Of a stretch of 64,000 bases of DNA, positions 59,834 to 64,000 are shown one piece after another. Within the stretch, counting starts at the first letter, position 1. Every line of letters starts with the position of its first letter. Location: NCBI GenBank assembly GCA_963725865.1, contig CAVSAC010000010.1, positions 640,001 through 704,000 on the forward strand. The letters run 5' to 3'. The translations under genes and the position numbers were made by a program. The DNA comes from Candidatus Eiseniibacteriota bacterium (GTDB taxonomy: Bacteria > Eisenbacteria > RBG-16-71-46). The notes below the pieces were generated by a model that saw only the letters and a program-made list of their open reading frames with translations, was not told where the DNA came from and made no database searches.

Positions 59834-60178
59834 ATGGCGAAGTCGCGCAAGAAACGTCAGAACTACACGGTGGAGCAGCGGACGCAGATCCTCGCGGCCG
59901 CCCAGAAGGACCGCCTCACCGCCGCGCAGGTGCAGAAGAAGTTCGGCGTCACACCGGTGACCTACTACTCCTGGCGCAAGAAGAGCGGCGCCGCCCGCCG
60001 TCGCGGCGGTCGCGGTGTCGTCGTCGGCACCCCGGCCGGTGACCTGCACGGGCAGGTGCGCGCCGAAGTCCAGGCGAAGGTGCGCCAGATCCTGCCGGGT
60101 ATCGTGCGCGGCGAGGTGAGCGCGTACCTCGACACCTTGTTCGGCGGCCGCCGTCGCGGCCGGCGGCTCAAGGTCTAA
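59834..60178 (+). CDS. Small basic helix-turn-helix protein (IS3 OrfA/HTH_Tnp_1-like fold)
   Basis: RQNYTVEQRTQIL...AAQVQKKFGVTPVTYYSWRKK; Arg/Lys-rich; GGAGG RBS. Confidence 0.75.
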   Translation: MAKSRKKRQNYTVEQRTQILAAAQKDRLTAAQVQKKFGVTPVTYYSWRKKSGAARRRGGRGVVVGTPAGDLHGQVRAEVQAKVRQILPGIVRGEVSAYLDTLFGGRRRGRRLKV

Positions 60179-60264
60179 CCGCCGCCGCCGGGCCCGGGAG
60201 CCGCCCGGGCCCGGCGACTCGTGTCCCGCCCCCACGGCCGCCTCCACACCCCCCGGAGGAATGA

Positions 60265-61140
60265 ATGATGTGGATTCGCCGTGCGCTGCTCGTGCTGGGC
60301 GCGCTGGCCGCATGCGTGGTGGCAGCCGCGGTGGTGCTGGTACTCCACGGCCGCGATCTGGTCCTGAGTCCCGTCTCCAATCCGATCCAGCCGCTCCGGG
60401 TCGCGCCGGATTCCACGTTGCTCGCGCGCGGCGAGCACATCTCCCGCTTCCTGTGCTCGTCGTGTCACGCCGCCGGCGACCCGGAGGTGCTGTCGGGAGG
60501 CAGCGAGAACTTCGCCGCGCTGCCCGACGGTCCCACGCTCGGCGTGATCGTGGCGCCCAATCTGACGCGCGGCGGGCACATCGCCCACATGTCCGACGGC
60601 GAGCTCGCGCGCGCGATCCGCGAGGGTGTCGGGCACGACAACCGTCCGCTGGTCGTGATGCCGTCGTACGCGTTGCACCGCCTGTCCGACCGCGACCTCG
60701 CCGGGGTGATCGCGTACCTGCGTCGCCAGCCGCCGGTGCGCCGCGACGTGCCCGCTCGCTCGCTGAACCTGCTCGGCTACGCGGTGCTCGGCACCCACAT
60801 GTTCCCGGTCAGCGTGCAGCCGCCGGTGACGGAGTCGGCGGCGGATCCGGCGGCGGCGCCCACCGCCGAGTACGGCGCGTACACGGCGGAGATCGCCGAC
60901 TGCGCCGTGTGTCACGGTTCCGGCCTGCGAGGAGGGCGCAAGGGCCAGCTGCCCCCGATCGGTCCGGACCTGGTGGCGTTCGCCAAGGCGCAGCCGCTCG
61001 AAGCGTTCTCCGGCGCCCTGCGCGAAGGGCGGAACCCGAACGGTGGCGCGCTCGATCCGCGGCGCATGCCGTGGATCACCTACGCGCATCTGGACGACGT
61101 GGAGACCGAGGCGATCTGGCGCTACCTGCGCTCCCGATGA
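60265..61140 (+). CDS. Membrane-anchored diheme cytochrome c
   Basis: CSSCH and CAVCH; APNLT, distal MP motifs; N-terminal TM helix. Confidence 0.85.
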   Translation: MMWIRRALLVLGALAACVVAAAVVLVLHGRDLVLSPVSNPIQPLRVAPDSTLLARGEHISRFLCSSCHAAGDPEVLSGGSENFAALPDGPTLGVIVAPNLTRGGHIAHMSDGELARAIREGVGHDNRPLVVMPSYALHRLSDRDLAGVIAYLRRQPPVRRDVPARSLNLLGYAVLGTHMFPVSVQPPVTESAADPAAAPTAEYGAYTAEIADCAVCHGSGLRGGRKGQLPPIGPDLVAFAKAQPLEAFSGALREGRNPNGGALDPRRMPWITYAHLDDVETEAIWRYLRSR

Positions 61141-61195
61141 CGGGACTGGACCGCGCCATCGCGTGCGGCCCGCGGCGCCACGACCGCCTCACGGC

Positions 61196-61903
61196 TCAGG
61201 CGCGGGGCTTCAGCAGGCTCGCGGCGGCGGCATCGAGGTGCCACTCGCGGCGTGCGAGTAGGGTGGCGGGCGCGCCGGCGGCGGCTCGCGGCGGCTCCAG
61301 CGCCCGCCGCACGGCCGCGGCCTTGGCGGTACCGATCGCGAGCACCAGCACCTCGCGCGCGGCCGCGAGCGCCGGCGGCAGCAGCGTCATCCGCGTCGGC
61401 GGCGGCTTCGGGCTGTCGCGCACGATGCCGACCCGCCGGGTCTCCTCGCCGAGCAGCGGCGAGCCCGGGAACAGCGACGCGACGTGCCCATCCTCCCCGA
61501 GTCCCAGCACGATCAGGTCGAGCGGCTCGGCGACCAGCGCCTCGTAGTCGCGCGCCGCGGCTTCGAGGTCGGCGGCCTCGGCGTGCATGCGGTGCACGTT
61601 CGCCGCCAGCACCGGCACCCGCGCGAGCAGGCGTTCGTGCACGAAGCGGAAGTTGCTCTGGGGATCGTCCGGCGGCACCGCCCGCTCGTCGACGAACAGC
61701 ACGTGGACCCGGCTCCAGTCGATCGGCACGCCGGGCACGCCGTCCGCCAACAACGCGTAGGCGGGCTCGGGGCTGCGCCCGCCGGGCAACGCGAGCCGGA
61801 AGCGCCCGCGCGTCGCGATCGCACGGCCGGCGGCGGTCGCGACGCGGTGAGCCACCGCCGCGCCGAACGCGGCGGCGCTTCCGTGCACGGTCACGCGCGG
61901 CAT
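61196..61903 (-). CDS. pgl: 6-phosphogluconolactonase
   Basis: ALPGGRSP, DERAVPPDDPQSN, GLGEDGHVASLFP, PKPPPTRMT. Confidence 0.93.
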   Translation of the reverse strand: MPRVTVHGSAAAFGAAVAHRVATAAGRAIATRGRFRLALPGGRSPEPAYALLADGVPGVPIDWSRVHVLFVDERAVPPDDPQSNFRFVHERLLARVPVLAANVHRMHAEAADLEAAARDYEALVAEPLDLIVLGLGEDGHVASLFPGSPLLGEETRRVGIVRDSPKPPPTRMTLLPPALAAAREVLVLAIGTAKAAAVRRALEPPRAAAGAPATLLARREWHLDAAAASLLKPRA

Positions 61904-61910
61904 GGGATCC

Positions 61911-63425
<1,515 letters not shown>

Positions 63426-63426
63426 G

Positions 63427-64000
63427 CTATCGCTCCTTCACCGCGTGGCCGCCGAACTGGTTGCGCAGGGCCGCGAGCACCTTGTCGCGGAACGAGTCGT
63501 CCTGGCGCGAGCGGAAGCGATTCAGCAGCGCGAGCGTGAGCACCTCGGCCGGCACGTCGAGGTCGATCGCGGCCTGCACCGTCCAGCGCCCTTCGCCCGA
63601 GTCGGCCACGAATCCACGGATCCGATCCAGGCCGGGATCGGCGGTGAACGCGAGCTCGGCCAGCTCCAGCAGCCACGAGCGCACCACGCTGCCCTGGTTC
63701 CAGAGGTGCGCGAGCTGCGCGAGGTCGTACGGGTACTCGCTCTTCTTCAGGATCTCGAAGCCCTCGGCGTACGACTGCATCATGCCGTACTCGATCCCAT
63801 TGTGGATCATCTTCGAGAAGTGACCCGCCCCGGCCGGTCCGACGTGACGCCAGCCGTCGGGGGGCGCCAGCGAGTCGAGCGCGGGCTTCAGCCGCGCGAT
63901 CCCCTCGGCGGGTCCTCCCGCCATGATGCAATAGCCCTTCTCGAGTCCCCAGATGCCGCCCGAGGTACCGGCGTCCACGAACAGCAGGCCGGCGGCGCTC
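63427..64000 (-). CDS. gnd: 6-phosphogluconate dehydrogenase (decarboxylating), 5'-truncated by the window edge
   Basis: DAGTSGG, GAGHFSKMIHNGIEYG, DSGEGRWT, LRNQFGGHAV. Confidence 0.93.
   Translation of the reverse strand, partial: SAAGLLFVDAGTSGGIWGLEKGYCIMAGGPAEGIARLKPALDSLAPPDGWRHVGPAGAGHFSKMIHNGIEYGMMQSYAEGFEILKKSEYPYDLAQLAHLWNQGSVVRSWLLELAELAFTADPGLDRIRGFVADSGEGRWTVQAAIDLDVPAEVLTLALLNRFRSRQDDSFRDKVLAALRNQFGGHAVKER

Overview
GC-rich bacterial chromosomal window, dense in coding sequence. In order it contains: (1) 1-11989, a translationally coupled + strand operon for a Hyf/Hyc-type (group 4) membrane [NiFe]-hydrogenase, preceded by the tail of a molybdopterin-oxidoreductase-like gene and an AsrA/AsrB (sulfhydrogenase beta/gamma)-like Fe-S/flavin pair. 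(2) An OPT transporter and secreted hydrolases (PLD-family, acid phosphatase, S9 and S46 peptidases, a metallophosphoesterase with an FlgD/T9SS-like tail), a partial rhamnose (rml) operon and a histidine-ammonia-lyase-like gene. (3) A 4.4-kb islet between a tRNA-Leu(TAA) gene and its displaced 3' half. It holds two convergent secreted-protein genes that end in the same C-terminal motif (TTWGxLKxxYR), an IS1380 element and a probable IS91-like remnant. (4) An alternative complex III operon (actABCDEF). (5) Pentose-phosphate and redox genes (glk, tkt, tal-pgi, fumC, sthA, NDH-2, pgl, zwf, gnd). The C-terminal tails suggest an FCB-related lineage such as Ca. Eisenbacteria (inference only). Several apparent +1 frameshifts may be assembly errors. 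Starts were re-picked by hand from the ORF track, and all product calls rest on motif recognition, not database searches.
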